In this document: one piece after another, positions 38,509 through 49,273 of the stretch | Numbering within the stretch: position 1 is the first letter of the stretch | Layout: each line of letters opens with the position of its first letter | Assembly (NCBI GenBank): GCA_049517515.1 | Contig: JBEKSA010000017.1 | Coordinates: 13,090 to 77,089, forward strand | From: Terracidiphilus sp. | GTDB taxonomy: Bacteria > Acidobacteriota > Terriglobia > Terriglobales > Acidobacteriaceae | Direction of reading: 5' to 3' | DNA length: 64,000 nucleotides | Program-made: the position numbers and the translations under genes | Notes under the pieces: model-generated | Database searches by the model: none | What the model saw: the letters and a program-made list of their open reading frames with translations, nothing else | What the model was told of the DNA's origin: nothing

Positions 38509-41010
38509 CTAATCTTCGGCCGGCAATTCCTCCAGCAATCGCTTCCACATCTTCTGGTTTTTGCGGAAGCTTTTCTTCAGATCCTCGAGAATTCGCTCGA
38601 AGTCCGCGTTGGTGCGCAGGTTGGTCCATGCGGGATTCTTCCGGAACCAGGGATAGTTCTCGTTGCCGAGATAAATGGCGCGGCGCAGCCAATGCAGGGC
38701 TTCGCTGGAGTCGCCGTCGACGGCGAAGTAGGTGGCCAGGCGGTAAGCCATTTCACTATCGGCCTCGGCGGCAGCCAACGTGTCGTCCTTGAGCAGCGTA
38801 GCGCCGCGGTCCCGCGCGCCCGCCTGCACATAGCAGATGGCCAGCGTGGGCACGGCAATGCGCAGAGAGGGATCGTCGGCGATCACGCCCTCGAGAATTT
38901 CGATGGCCTGGTCGAGATTGCCCAGCCGCATCTGCTGATAGCCCGACGAAGTGCGGAGCAGCGGATGGCGCGGCTCCAGCGCCAGGCCTTTTTCGAGCTC
39001 ATCGCCGGCCAGCTCGATCTGGTTCTGGTAGTGGTAGACGCGGGCGCGATGGTTGTAGAGAATTGCCGCGTTGGCCGGATTCAGTTTGAGCGCGCGGCTG
39101 AATTCGCCCAGCGCCTCGTCGTACATGCCGTCGCCGCGGAGAGCCAGGCCGGCAACCATGTGCACGTTCCAGTCGTTGGCGGCACCGGCGAGCAGGTTGG
39201 CAATGCCGTGCCGCGCGGACTCCTTTTCGCCGCGCGAAAGCAACATGTAAATCCGGTAGAGATTGGTTTCGGTCGAAGAGGGATCGAGCTTCAGCGCCTC
39301 GTCAAAGGCGCGCCGCGCGCGCATCACATGGATCTGCCCACCGAAACCATGCCGTGCGTAGTGCAGTTCGGCGATGCCCAACCCGCTCCACCCCGCAGCG
39401 AATCCCGGGTCGGCCTCGGTGACGCGGGTGAACAACGCGTGCGCGCGATCCAGATCGGCGCGCGAACCGGTGCGCACCATGAACGAACTCAACAGCGCCC
39501 GCGCCTGCAAGTATTTTTCGCTCACCGGCCCGGGCAGGGATCCATCCCGAGCAGAAGCGCGCGCCGCATCGGTGCTCGGCCTGGCACGTTGTCCTTCAAT
39601 TCCTTCCGCTGCCCCCATTCCCTGCAGCGTTGCGAACACTTCGTTTGAAATCTCCGACTGCACCGCGATCAGATCCAGCGACGCGACGCGAATCGATCCA
39701 CCGGTGCGCACGCTCTGCGAAGCAACGTCGAGCAATTGCCAGTTCAAGTCGAATCCGTCTTCCGAGCGCACAAAGTTCCCGGCGAGCACAAACTTCACCA
39801 GCAGCTTCTGCCCCACCGCCAGCGGGTCCATCTGCGCCCAGGGCCGCGCGCCGGCAAGCGGCATCAGCGTGCTCGAGGGCCGTACCACCAGCGCTGGAAT
39901 CCGCGCCAGCCGGGCCGCAATCGCATCGGCAAGAGCGTAGCCGTAAAGCGGCGCTGCCTCCGTCGCGCCCAGGTTGGCGAAGGGCAACACGACCAGCGAA
40001 TTCTGCGTCTTTTGCTCGCCAGCCGACTCGCGGAACCGCTCTGCCAGCATGGAAAGCAAACCTGTCGTACGCTTCTCCGCCTCAGCGCCCGTCGCCGGCA
40101 GGTTGGCCGCCGCGTCGCCGGGTATGATTCCCGTTTCGATGCGCAGCGCCTTCATGATGGTCTTCAGTCCCTCGCGCACCTCGGCTGCCGATGAAGTGCG
40201 CGCGCCCGGATTCTTTTCGAGACAAGCGGCAATCACGCTCTTGAGCTCCGGAGAAATTTCCGAGACGATCGCGCTCAGATCTTCCGGTTCGAGAAACTGA
40301 ATGGCGCGAATGGCCTGAGAGTCCTCGGCGTCAGGACGAGCGAAAGGGTGGCGTCCGCTCGCCAACTCGTACAGAATCACGCCCAGCGCCCACACGTCTG
40401 ACTGCACACTCGAGTGTCCGGTGACGAACTGCTCGGGCGCCATGTAACGGATGGTCCCGCCGCGCGCCGTGAACGTTGACGCGACGGACTTGTCGTTGGC
40501 CAGTGCCGGTGTCGCCGGGTCGAAGGGCGCGTCTTCGGGAGTGAGCCGCCGCGCCAAGCCGAAATCCAGAATCTTCACCAGGCCGCCGTCGGTCAGCATC
40601 ACGTTCTGCGGCTTCAGGTCGCGATGGAAAATTCCCAGCGCATGTGCCGCCTGCAATCCGTCGGCAATCTGGATTCCCACCGAGAGGACAAGCTGCAAAT
40701 TGGCCCGCCCGCCCGCGATCAATTCGTCCAGCGGCTGGCCCGGCACAAACTGCATGGCAATGTAAGCCTCGTCGCCGCTCTCACCCACTTCGTAAATCGC
40801 GCACACATTGGGATGTTCAATGGCCGAAGCCAGGCGCGCCTCGCGGAGCACCGTCGACCGCATTTGCTCGGCAGTCAGCAGCCCTGTGTGCAGCATCTTA
40901 AGCACGACGGGGCGCTGCAGCAGCGTGTCGTTGGCCGCGTACACCACGCCACTGCCGCCGGCGCCAAGACGCCGGAGAATCTCGTAATGGGCAATTGTCT
41001 TTCGCTTCAT
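38509..41010 (-). CDS. Hanks-type Ser/Thr kinase with TolB-like and TPR domains
   Basis: LGAGGSGVVY, HRDLKPQN, DFGLA, YMAPE, VLPFANL and TPR helices. Confidence 0.93.
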   Translation of the reverse strand: MKRKTIAHYEILRRLGAGGSGVVYAANDTLLQRPVVLKMLHTGLLTAEQMRSTVLREARLASAIEHPNVCAIYEVGESGDEAYIAMQFVPGQPLDELIAGGRANLQLVLSVGIQIADGLQAAHALGIFHRDLKPQNVMLTDGGLVKILDFGLARRLTPEDAPFDPATPALANDKSVASTFTARGGTIRYMAPEQFVTGHSSVQSDVWALGVILYELASGRHPFARPDAEDSQAIRAIQFLEPEDLSAIVSEISPELKSVIAACLEKNPGARTSSAAEVREGLKTIMKALRIETGIIPGDAAANLPATGAEAEKRTTGLLSMLAERFRESAGEQKTQNSLVVLPFANLGATEAAPLYGYALADAIAARLARIPALVVRPSSTLMPLAGARPWAQMDPLAVGQKLLVKFVLAGNFVRSEDGFDLNWQLLDVASQSVRTGGSIRVASLDLIAVQSEISNEVFATLQGMGAAEGIEGQRARPSTDAARASARDGSLPGPVSEKYLQARALLSSFMVRTGSRADLDRAHALFTRVTEADPGFAAGWSGLGIAELHYARHGFGGQIHVMRARRAFDEALKLDPSSTETNLYRIYMLLSRGEKESARHGIANLLAGAANDWNVHMVAGLALRGDGMYDEALGEFSRALKLNPANAAILYNHRARVYHYQNQIELAGDELEKGLALEPRHPLLRTSSGYQQMRLGNLDQAIEILEGVIADDPSLRIAVPTLAICYVQAGARDRGATLLKDDTLAAAEADSEMAYRLATYFAVDGDSSEALHWLRRAIYLGNENYPWFRKNPAWTNLRTNADFERILEDLKKSFRKNQKMWKRLLEELPAED

Positions 41011-41111
41011 CGCTCAACTCAAGTCTAGCGGCCATTGCGTAAGGACCGTCTCAAGAAGGGGCTTTCGCCGCATTGCCGTCTACTGTTAACGTCGATGTGA
41101 AGATAAACGGC

Positions 41112-42602
41112 ATGAGTGAATTTGCGGCAGAAAGCAACCCGCGCCCGGCGCATCAGTCGTCTGTGGCACGGTTGCTCCTCGCCTTGGCGTTCGCCATGCC
41201 GCTGTGCCCTCTGGCGGCGCAACAAAGCGCGGAGCCGCCGGCGCAGCAAACAACTCAGCAGCCCGGCGCGGAATCGCAACTCCACACCGGGACCAGCAGT
41301 GGACTTGATACCGACGCACGCTTGCAGAACTTGCTCGCCGATCACCAATACCTTCGCATCCAGAAACAACTCGACCAGTTGCCGCCGGATCAGGCGCAGT
41401 TCTATCGCGGCATTCTGGCCAACCGCTCCAATCAACTGGATCAATCAGTCCGGCTTCTCGAGCCGCTCGTGGATCAGGTGACTGCGAGCGGAGATGCCGC
41501 TCGCGAGAAGCTGCTCCGCATGACACTGGCCGAAGACTATCTACGCCTCGGCGATTGGGCCAAGGCCGGCCTGGCTTACCAGGCGCTCGACGCGCGACTT
41601 GGCGCCAAGCTCACCTCCAACGAGCAGGATGAAATTGAGATGCCGCTCAAAATGCTGCCGCTGGCCAAGGACAATCCGACCATCACGGTCGACCCCTGCG
41701 AGCCGTTCAGGCTTCAGGTGAGCAACGATCCTCTCGGCCTTATCGATGTTCCCGTCTTTATCGACGCGCGTTCTCATAGCTGGATGCTCGATCCCACCGC
41801 ACCCTTCAATCTCATCTCCCGATCCATCGCACAGGATGTTGGGCTCACCATCTCAAAGGAATCCGCTACCATTCACACCCTTACCGGGCGCCCCATTCAG
41901 GTTCACGTCACGGTGATTCCCCGCTTTACTATCGGCGGCCGGCTCACGTTGCACGATGTTACCGCTTTCGTTTTCGACGACGCGGATTATTCCTTCCCAC
42001 ACTCCGGCTATCGGGTCGAGGGCGTACTTGGGTATCCGGCGCTCGCCGCCATGGGCCGGCTCACCGTATCCGATAACACGATCCAGGTGGATCCCGCGAA
42101 AGAAATCGATCCCCAGGAAGACCAGGATCGCCTCACCGCCGGCGCTCACTTCTATCTCGACGGAGATCAGGTCATCGTCGCGCTAGGCCGGGTGCTCGAA
42201 CCGACGACCGGTTCCTCTTCGCAAGGAGTCGCAGCGGGCAGCAGCGGCGACGCTGGTGAAAACGATGATCGGATGTTCGCCATCGATGCCGGTGGCCAAC
42301 AAACGTACCTGACCTCGCGCTGGTTCGACGAGCATTCCGCCGCGTTCAACGGCCAGAAGATGGAACCCTTCTCGATCCCCGGCATGGATTCGGGTCCGGA
42401 GTCGGTCTATGTCGCTGAGAACGTTCCCCTGGCCGTGGGCAATACCTCGATCGACCTTCACTACATTCCCGTCCTGACGCAGCCATTTGGCTCAGCCGCT
42501 CGCGACGATGTTTATGGCGTGCTCGGCATCGACGCCCTCGACCAGCTCAAGAGCTACACCTTCGACTACCGCACCATGCGCTTCAGTGCGACAGAAGAAT
42601 GA
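41112..42602 (+). CDS. Secreted two-lobe retropepsin-like (aspartyl protease fold) protein
   Basis: Signal peptide, TPR-like N-region, WMLDPTA..NLIS, GVLG, IDAGG..TYL and GVLGIDAL..YTFDY motifs. Confidence 0.75.
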   Translation: MSEFAAESNPRPAHQSSVARLLLALAFAMPLCPLAAQQSAEPPAQQTTQQPGAESQLHTGTSSGLDTDARLQNLLADHQYLRIQKQLDQLPPDQAQFYRGILANRSNQLDQSVRLLEPLVDQVTASGDAAREKLLRMTLAEDYLRLGDWAKAGLAYQALDARLGAKLTSNEQDEIEMPLKMLPLAKDNPTITVDPCEPFRLQVSNDPLGLIDVPVFIDARSHSWMLDPTAPFNLISRSIAQDVGLTISKESATIHTLTGRPIQVHVTVIPRFTIGGRLTLHDVTAFVFDDADYSFPHSGYRVEGVLGYPALAAMGRLTVSDNTIQVDPAKEIDPQEDQDRLTAGAHFYLDGDQVIVALGRVLEPTTGSSSQGVAAGSSGDAGENDDRMFAIDAGGQQTYLTSRWFDEHSAAFNGQKMEPFSIPGMDSGPESVYVAENVPLAVGNTSIDLHYIPVLTQPFGSAARDDVYGVLGIDALDQLKSYTFDYRTMRFSATEE

Positions 42603-42637
42603 AGGCAGCTGGGAATACTCGGACGGAACGCTGATTG

Positions 42638-42856
42638 CTACTTCTTCTTCTCCAGCTTGATCTGGCCGCGCCGGCCAAGTACGAGGGCTGCAATTCCAAA
42701 CACGAGCAGAACGAGTCCCCACCACAGATTGGCATCGATCCCCATGCTCTTGGCATACACGTCGGCGTTGGAGCGCGTGGCCAGGCCGAAGGCTGTCAGG
42801 ATGGTTCCGATCAATGTGAGCAGCATGCCCATCGAAATGCGTGGATCGTAGAACAT
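42638..42856 (-). CDS. Small two-TM protein commonly found after SSS transporters
   Basis: DPRISMGMLLTLIG and NLWWGLVLLVFG motifs. Confidence 0.8.
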   Translation of the reverse strand: MFYDPRISMGMLLTLIGTILTAFGLATRSNADVYAKSMGIDANLWWGLVLLVFGIAALVLGRRGQIKLEKKK

Positions 42857-42872
42857 TGCTCTCCTTCTCTGC

Positions 42873-44711
42873 TCAGATGAAGATCAGGCTCACCGCAATC
42901 GCGGCCGACAGGATTACCGCAGCCATCGCCTCGGGCCGCTTCCACCATGGCCCAATCGCAGGCGGCCGCGCTGTGGGGGAAAACACAAGGCCTTTGAGAT
43001 CCTCCGCCAGCGCTGGCTTTGCGAGCAGGCTCGCCACCACCGTCACCAGCAGACTCACAAGGAAGGCTAACATCGCCGTTCCCAGCCCGAGTACCAGTTC
43101 GCTCGCGGGATGGTGCAGGATTGCAATCCAGCCACCGTGGATGCCTGGTTGCTCGCCACGCGGCAGCGCGATCCCGTGATGCAGAAGCGCTGCAGCGGCT
43201 CCCGCAATCAATCCTGCGAACGCGCCGTGCCCGGTCGCACGCTTCCAGAAGGCTCCAAGCATCAGCACCGCAAAGAGAGGTGCATTCACGACCGCAAAAA
43301 CCAGCAGCATCGCATCGAGCATGCTGCTGAAGCGCATTGCGGCCCACGCTGCTGCGAACGCAAGCAGCATTCCACCCACTGCCGCCCATCGAGCCACAGC
43401 GAGCAGGCGCTTGTCGGCAGTGTTCCTGGCAAGGAACGCCTGAAAAATATCGCAGGTAAAGACAGTGCTGAACGAAGTCACGCCGGCGGCCACGCCGCCC
43501 ATAAGGCACGCCAGCAGAGCCGTCATCCCCAGCCCCAGAAGGCCAGCGGGAAGAAACTGGAGAAGCATGTTTGGCGTGGCCATTGCGTAGTCGAGTACAG
43601 CGTGTCCATCGGCGTCCATGACCGGCTTTCCATCCGCATCGGCTTTTGCGGGAACTAGTCCGCTCCCCTCTTCGACTGCTGGTGGGACGACAGTGATTTC
43701 GTGATAAATCACACCGCTGTCGTTGTGGATGACGATTGAAGTGTGGGGAGTGGGCAGGTCCACGGCAATCAGGCCCGGAAGAATCAAGACAATGATGACA
43801 AAAACGCGCAGAGCCGCGGCGATCATTGGCGCCCTTCGCGCGGCCTCCACATTCTTCGCCGCCATCGCGGCCTGCAACAGCCTGAAGTCTGCGCACCATG
43901 TTCCGCCGCCCAGCACCAGGCCTGCGCCAACTGCGAGAACGACAGCGCCGGCGCTCAAGGAGTGTGTGCCCGCGTGCAATGTGTTCGGCAGAACCGCGGC
44001 CTTCAATCCGCTCCAGCCGCCGATCCGCTTGAGTCCCAGCAGCACCACTGGCAGCATTCCGGCAACGATGAGACAAAACTGCAGCGCCTGGTTGTACATT
44101 GCTGCGCCAAGCCCGCCGAGCAGAACATAGGCCAGCACCAGAGCCGCGGGCAGTGCCATCGCAAGCAGCAGCGTTCGGCTGGGCGACAGGTTCAGAGTGT
44201 TGGCAGCCTGATCGAGAACGTGCAGCGCCACAAAGACGCGCCCCATGGCGTAGAGAGCGATTCCGGCGCTGAAGGCGGACATCGCGGCAAACATGCAGGC
44301 ATTCAGCGCCCGTGTCTTCCGATCAAAGCGCAGCCCAAGATACTCCGGAATCGACCGCGCGGCAAATTTATCCTGTTTTTGCGGGGACGCGGCCGCCCCT
44401 GAATTCGAACCATAGAAGACGGGCATCAGATAAAGGCCCGCGAAGAGCATGGCCGGAATTGAGCCGAGGGCGAAGAATCCAACGCTGGCCAGGCCGTACC
44501 GGGCTCCCGCAGCGCCCATGCCGAGCAGCTCCTGCGAGCCCAGGCTGGCGCCCAACATTGCCATGCCGCACAGCCAGCCCGGCATCACGCGGCCGGCCTG
44601 CATGAACTGCTGGCCGCTCGTCATCGCCGGCTTCAACGAGAATCCGGCAGTGAGCATGAAAAAGCCGTAGATCAGTAGGATCAGCGAGTCCGTGGCAGCA
44701 AGGTTTGACAC
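42873..44711 (-). CDS. Sodium:solute symporter family protein (GTG start at about 44711)
   Basis: FMQAGR, SIPEYLGLRFD, GMTALLACLMGG and LGAFWKRATGHGAF motifs; multi-TM. Confidence 0.88.
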   Translation of the reverse strand: MSNLAATDSLILLIYGFFMLTAGFSLKPAMTSGQQFMQAGRVMPGWLCGMAMLGASLGSQELLGMGAAGARYGLASVGFFALGSIPAMLFAGLYLMPVFYGSNSGAAASPQKQDKFAARSIPEYLGLRFDRKTRALNACMFAAMSAFSAGIALYAMGRVFVALHVLDQAANTLNLSPSRTLLLAMALPAALVLAYVLLGGLGAAMYNQALQFCLIVAGMLPVVLLGLKRIGGWSGLKAAVLPNTLHAGTHSLSAGAVVLAVGAGLVLGGGTWCADFRLLQAAMAAKNVEAARRAPMIAAALRVFVIIVLILPGLIAVDLPTPHTSIVIHNDSGVIYHEITVVPPAVEEGSGLVPAKADADGKPVMDADGHAVLDYAMATPNMLLQFLPAGLLGLGMTALLACLMGGVAAGVTSFSTVFTCDIFQAFLARNTADKRLLAVARWAAVGGMLLAFAAAWAAMRFSSMLDAMLLVFAVVNAPLFAVLMLGAFWKRATGHGAFAGLIAGAAAALLHHGIALPRGEQPGIHGGWIAILHHPASELVLGLGTAMLAFLVSLLVTVVASLLAKPALAEDLKGLVFSPTARPPAIGPWWKRPEAMAAVILSAAIAVSLIFI

Positions 44712-44973
44712 AAACCGCTCCTTCCATCCTGATGGTACAGAATCCACTTGGCCCGCTGTCGCACGCCAAACGCAATCCTGATGTTGCGCCGGCCAGAGGC
44801 TCCTTCGCCGGCGCAAAAAAACGGCGGCAAGGGAATGCCCCCTGCCGCCACCAGATTCCTTTGTCAACGGGATTTAACCTTTGCGTTGAGCACTCGTGTT
44901 TCTGCCGCGCCCAGGTCGTACGGTCGATGGCTCTCGATCAGCGGCCGGACCGCATCCGCTGCCCACCGCGCCG

Positions 44974-45660
44974 TTATTGGTTCACGCCCGCTCCCTGGGC
45001 CGTTCCCGGCGCCGGTGCTGGAGCCGGTGCTGCCTGCGGAGCCGCGTCCGGTGGCTGAGGCGGTTGCGGATGACGGAACTGCCCACCCGGCCCGCGGAAC
45101 TGGCTGCCCGGTCCGCCCATCCCTGGCCTCTGTCCATCGTGTCCCCACGGACCCCGGTCACGTTCGCGCATCCCGTCGTGCTGCATCCGGTTCTGGTGCA
45201 TAGTCTGCAGTTGCTTCCACTGGTCCGGCTTCAGCTGCATCCGAATGTCCAGAAGGAAACGCGCATTCGCTTTTTCCAGATCAGCGCGCGCGCCCACGAC
45301 TTTGTCGATCTGCGCTTCAATCGCGGCACGGTCCGGAGTATCGGCCTTCATCAGCGGCCCCATCTCCAACTCAGCTTTGCGCAAAGTGGCTTGCATGTCG
45401 ATCAGCTTCATGCGATGGTCCTGCAGAATTCCATCCATCGCCTTGCGCTGATCGTCACTCAGGGTCAACTGCTTCACGATGTCCGGATTGTTCCAGAACT
45501 GCCCATTCGCAAATCCGAACGCGCGTTCCATCGGAGGCCGATGCTGCCCGAATCCAGGACCCATGCCTGGCCCGCCGGGTCCTTGCGCGCACGCCCAACC
45601 TCCTGCGATCAATATTCCCGCTCCCGCCAAAATCAGTCGAACAATTTTCAACGTCTTCAT
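44974..45660 (-). CDS. Spy/CpxP/ZraP-like periplasmic protein
   Basis: Signal peptide, LTLSDDQ and QLKPDQW repeats, Gly/Pro-rich ends. Confidence 0.8.
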   Translation of the reverse strand: MKTLKIVRLILAGAGILIAGGWACAQGPGGPGMGPGFGQHRPPMERAFGFANGQFWNNPDIVKQLTLSDDQRKAMDGILQDHRMKLIDMQATLRKAELEMGPLMKADTPDRAAIEAQIDKVVGARADLEKANARFLLDIRMQLKPDQWKQLQTMHQNRMQHDGMRERDRGPWGHDGQRPGMGGPGSQFRGPGGQFRHPQPPQPPDAAPQAAPAPAPAPGTAQGAGVNQ

Positions 45661-45741
45661 CGATTTTTCCCTCCCCCTGTGTCCCAAGGGACCCTTTCCT
45701 GCCTTCTGATGAGTTTCCTCTTGCCTTGTTTTGTGAGTAAT

Positions 45742-46209
45742 TCAATTTGTACCGTTGCTGTCCATCATTTGCGCCAGCGGCTCCATGGCCGCCGGAACCT
45801 GCCGCGATACATCGCTGTCTACCGTTGCCAGCAGATCCTCATTTTCACTGGCTGCCCTCTTTACCGCGGTTGGTTGCCGCTTGGAAACGATTGTGGCCTT
45901 GACAGGCTTTTCGGGCGCTGCATGCACCAGCGCGGCTTTTTGCTCCGCCGCTTTCAACGCCGCGATGCGAGCCTGCTCCTGCCGGTGATGGCGTTCGTAC
46001 AATCCGCCCGCCAGGCTTCCGGCCGCCAGCATGCATCCCAGCGCCCAGCTCGCTGCCAGGCGCCAGTTGTGTCGCGCCGTGGTCACCACTGTCCGCGGCC
46101 GGTTGTACGCCGCCTCGCTCCAGGCATCCACGCTCGCCTTGAAGTTCTCCAGCGCCCCCGCCACCATCGGATCGTCGATCTCTCCCGCCAATTTGTCTCT
46201 CCAACTCAT
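45742..46209 (-). CDS. Putative anti-sigma factor (single TM)
   Basis: ATGA overlap with the ECF sigma stop; central TM; C-terminal DEDLLATVD..VSR.VP.AMEPL. Confidence 0.7.
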   Translation of the reverse strand: MSWRDKLAGEIDDPMVAGALENFKASVDAWSEAAYNRPRTVVTTARHNWRLAASWALGCMLAAGSLAGGLYERHHRQEQARIAALKAAEQKAALVHAAPEKPVKATIVSKRQPTAVKRAASENEDLLATVDSDVSRQVPAAMEPLAQMMDSNGTN

Positions 46210-46802
46210 CGTGTTCCTCTCAGCTCCGCGCGCACTCTCGCGAGCGCCCGCGATAAGTGGGCCTTCACCGTGCCCTCGCTCAATCCCGTTGCCTTTGCAA
46301 TCTCGCTCAACTCCCGGTCCTCGACGTAGCGCAGCAGGAATACCGTTCGCTGCCGCGCGCTCAGTCCTTCCACAGCCTTCCAAACCTGCGCAACCTGTTC
46401 CCGCGCCAAGATCTGCTGTTCCGCAGAGCGTTCACCGTTCGGAAGCCAGTCGCTGGCCTCGTCCACTCCAATTGCGTTCGCTTGCGTATGCCGCCAGAAC
46501 TGCAGGCGCCGGTTGCGCCAGTGGTCCTTCTGCAAATTGATGGCGATCCGCATCAGCCAGGTCATCGCGCTGGAATCGCCGCGGAAGTGTTTCCAGTTCC
46601 GGTGCGCTTTCAGGAAACATTCCTGGGTCAGCGTCTCGGCCAAATCCACGTCCCTGAGCGATGCCAACAGGAAGCGGAAGATTTGCGGGCGGTGGCTTTC
46701 GACAATGCTGGCGAAATCCTGCGCAGCAATCTCCTCCGCCGCTTGCGCGGTCATCGGCTTCACGGCTGTTCCGGCTGCCATCACTTTGGTAGACGTCCGC
46801 AT
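46206..46802 (-). CDS. ECF sigma factor (start uncertain)
   Basis: AETLTQECFLKAH, WLMRIAINL and GTVKAHLSRA motifs. Confidence 0.92.
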   Translation of the reverse strand: MRTSTKVMAAGTAVKPMTAQAAEEIAAQDFASIVESHRPQIFRFLLASLRDVDLAETLTQECFLKAHRNWKHFRGDSSAMTWLMRIAINLQKDHWRNRRLQFWRHTQANAIGVDEASDWLPNGERSAEQQILAREQVAQVWKAVEGLSARQRTVFLLRYVEDRELSEIAKATGLSEGTVKAHLSRALARVRAELRGTR

Positions 46803-47050
46803 CGGGGCCAAGTTTACAACCCTTCGCTCGATTCTCGCGCCAAAGCGCAGCAAAGCACAGCCGCGGAAGGAACGCTAGCTGGCCGCAAATCCATTATTCT
46901 CATCGGGGATTTCCCCACTCCGGTATCCGGCCGCGCCCCTTTCCGGGCAACGATATAATTCGTTGCGGCGGAAGGAGCCCTTTGCCGCGAACGATAATGG
47001 TTGAGGCCGGGAGCTGAACGCCGAGAAGTGTGATGGGATTGGAGAAGCAG

Positions 47051-48370
47051 ATGATTTCCCGCCGACAATTTGTCAACGGACTGGCTGCCGGTGCGGCGGC
47101 CTCAGCCTTTGCGTCCACGGCAAAGAGCTATGCGCAGATTCTCGGCGCCAACGATCGCCTGAACTTCGCCATCAACGGTCTCAATGGCCGAGGCCACGCG
47201 CATTTGGCCTCGCTGCGGGCTAATAGCAACACCGCCCGCGTTGCGTATATCTGCGACGTCGACTCAGGAATTCTTGCGAAATTCGCTGCTGAAGCGGAAC
47301 AAAAGCTCGGCTATGCACCCAAGGCCGAGACCGATTTCCGCCATGCGCTGGAGTCGAAGGACGTCGACGCCATTACGGTTGCCACTCCCGATCACTGGCA
47401 CACGCCGATGGCGGTACTCGGTCTGAAGGCCGGCAAGCACGTTTACGTCGAGAAGCCCTCCAGCCAGAATCCGCGCGAAGGCGAGCTGCTTGTGGCGGCG
47501 CAGAAGAAATATGGAAAGCTCGTCCAGGTCGGCGATCAGCAGCGATCCTCCGACTACACCATCCGCATGATCCAGCAAATTCACGATGGCCTGATCGGCG
47601 AGGCGTACATGGCCAAATCGTGGTACGTGAACACTCGCGGCACCATGGGCATCGGCAAGCCCGCACCCATTCCCGCGTCGCTCAACTGGGATCTGTGGCA
47701 GGGCCCCGCGCCGCGCAGCGAGTACAAAGACAATATTCATCCTTACAACTGGCACTGGCTGCGGCGGTATGGAACCGGCGAGACTCTCAACAATGGAACT
47801 CACGAGGTTGACGTCTGCCGTTGGGCTCTGCAGGCAGAAATTCCCCATGCCGTGACAGCGAGCGGCGGCCGCTACCAGTTCAAAGACGATTGGCAGTTCT
47901 CCGACACGACCATCACCAATTTTGAATACCCGGGCAAGCTCATCTCGTGGGAGGGCCGCTCCTGCCAGGGAATTCGCCTCTACGATCGCGACCGGGGTTC
48001 GATCATTATGGGAACCAAGGGCTCGGTCGTCATCGATCGCGACGGATACGATGTCTTTGATTGGAAAGGGAAGCAGATCGACAAGTATCGCGTCGGCCAC
48101 GTCACTTCCACCGGCGACTTGATCGGAGCCGACTCGATGACCGACGCCCACTTCGCCAACTTCATCAGCGCTATCCGCGGCCACGAGACGCTCCACTCGC
48201 CTGTTTCGGTGGCAAATGTCACCGTCACTATGCTTTTGCTCTCAAACATCGCCTGGTTCGTCGGCAGGTTATTGCGTGTCGACAATGAAACCGCGCACAT
48301 CATTGGCGATGCCGAGGCCATGAAGTACTGGGCCCGTACCTACGAACCGGGTTGGGAAGTGACGGTCTAA
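47051..48370 (+). CDS. Tat-exported Gfo/Idh/MocA oxidoreductase
   Basis: SRRQF Tat motif, ATPDHWH and HVYVEKP motifs. Confidence 0.92.
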   Translation: MISRRQFVNGLAAGAAASAFASTAKSYAQILGANDRLNFAINGLNGRGHAHLASLRANSNTARVAYICDVDSGILAKFAAEAEQKLGYAPKAETDFRHALESKDVDAITVATPDHWHTPMAVLGLKAGKHVYVEKPSSQNPREGELLVAAQKKYGKLVQVGDQQRSSDYTIRMIQQIHDGLIGEAYMAKSWYVNTRGTMGIGKPAPIPASLNWDLWQGPAPRSEYKDNIHPYNWHWLRRYGTGETLNNGTHEVDVCRWALQAEIPHAVTASGGRYQFKDDWQFSDTTITNFEYPGKLISWEGRSCQGIRLYDRDRGSIIMGTKGSVVIDRDGYDVFDWKGKQIDKYRVGHVTSTGDLIGADSMTDAHFANFISAIRGHETLHSPVSVANVTVTMLLLSNIAWFVGRLLRVDNETAHIIGDAEAMKYWARTYEPGWEVTV

Positions 48371-48382
48371 GGAGGCACTGAA

Positions 48383-49273
48383 ATGACGGCCGGATCCGAG
48401 ATTTTGCCTGCCGCGCAAGCGGGAACGATCACCCTTGGCGGAGATTTGACTGTGGACCGCATGGGCTATGGCGCCATGCGCATCACGGGCCAGGGCATCT
48501 GGGGTCCGCCAGACAATGTCGATGCCGCACTCGCCACTTTGCGCCGCGCAGTCAAACTCGGCGTCAATTTCATTGACACTGCCGACTCCTACGGTCCCGA
48601 TGTTTCTGAGGAGCTCATCGCGCAAGCTCTCTATCCCTATCCTGCCGGCGTCGTCATCGCGACTAAGGCCGGATGGACTCGCCACGGTCCTGGCGTTTGG
48701 CAGCACGACGCCAGTCCCGCGCACATTCAGCGAGCCATCGAGGGCAGCCTCAAGCGGTTGCGTTTGGAGCGCATCGACGTTTACCAACTCCACGTTCCCG
48801 ATCCGGCTGTTTCTTTCGACGCCTCCGTGGAAACGCTGGCGCGCCTCAAAGAACAGGGGAAGATCCGGCACGTTGGGCTCTCCAATGTCACTCTCGAACA
48901 CATCAAGCGTGCGCAAAAGATTGTCTCCATTGTCAGCGTGCAGAATCGCTACAGCTTCAGCGATCGCGAGTGGGATTTCGTGGTTGATTATTGTGAGGCC
49001 AACGGCATCGCGTTTCTGCCCTGGGGTCCGATGGCGCAAGGCCGCAAGGCCAACGAGGTAATGGAGAGGATTGCCGCAGCGCGCAAGGTTTCGACTGCAG
49101 TTTTGTCACTGGCCTGGCTGCTGCGCCGTTCGCCCGTTATGCTGCCCATCCCCGGAACCGGGTCAGTAAAGCACCTTGAAGAGAACGTGAGCGCGGCAGC
49201 CTTCCGACTGACAGACGCAGAATTTGCCGAGCTTGGCGCGATTGTTCCAAAGCCCTACTGGCTGCGCGGCTGA
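48383..49273 (+). CDS. Aldo/keto reductase
   Basis: GYGAMRI, IDTADSYG, SLKRLRLERIDVYQLH and PIPGT motifs. Confidence 0.93.
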   Translation: MTAGSEILPAAQAGTITLGGDLTVDRMGYGAMRITGQGIWGPPDNVDAALATLRRAVKLGVNFIDTADSYGPDVSEELIAQALYPYPAGVVIATKAGWTRHGPGVWQHDASPAHIQRAIEGSLKRLRLERIDVYQLHVPDPAVSFDASVETLARLKEQGKIRHVGLSNVTLEHIKRAQKIVSIVSVQNRYSFSDREWDFVVDYCEANGIAFLPWGPMAQGRKANEVMERIAAARKVSTAVLSLAWLLRRSPVMLPIPGTGSVKHLEENVSAAAFRLTDAEFAELGAIVPKPYWLRG

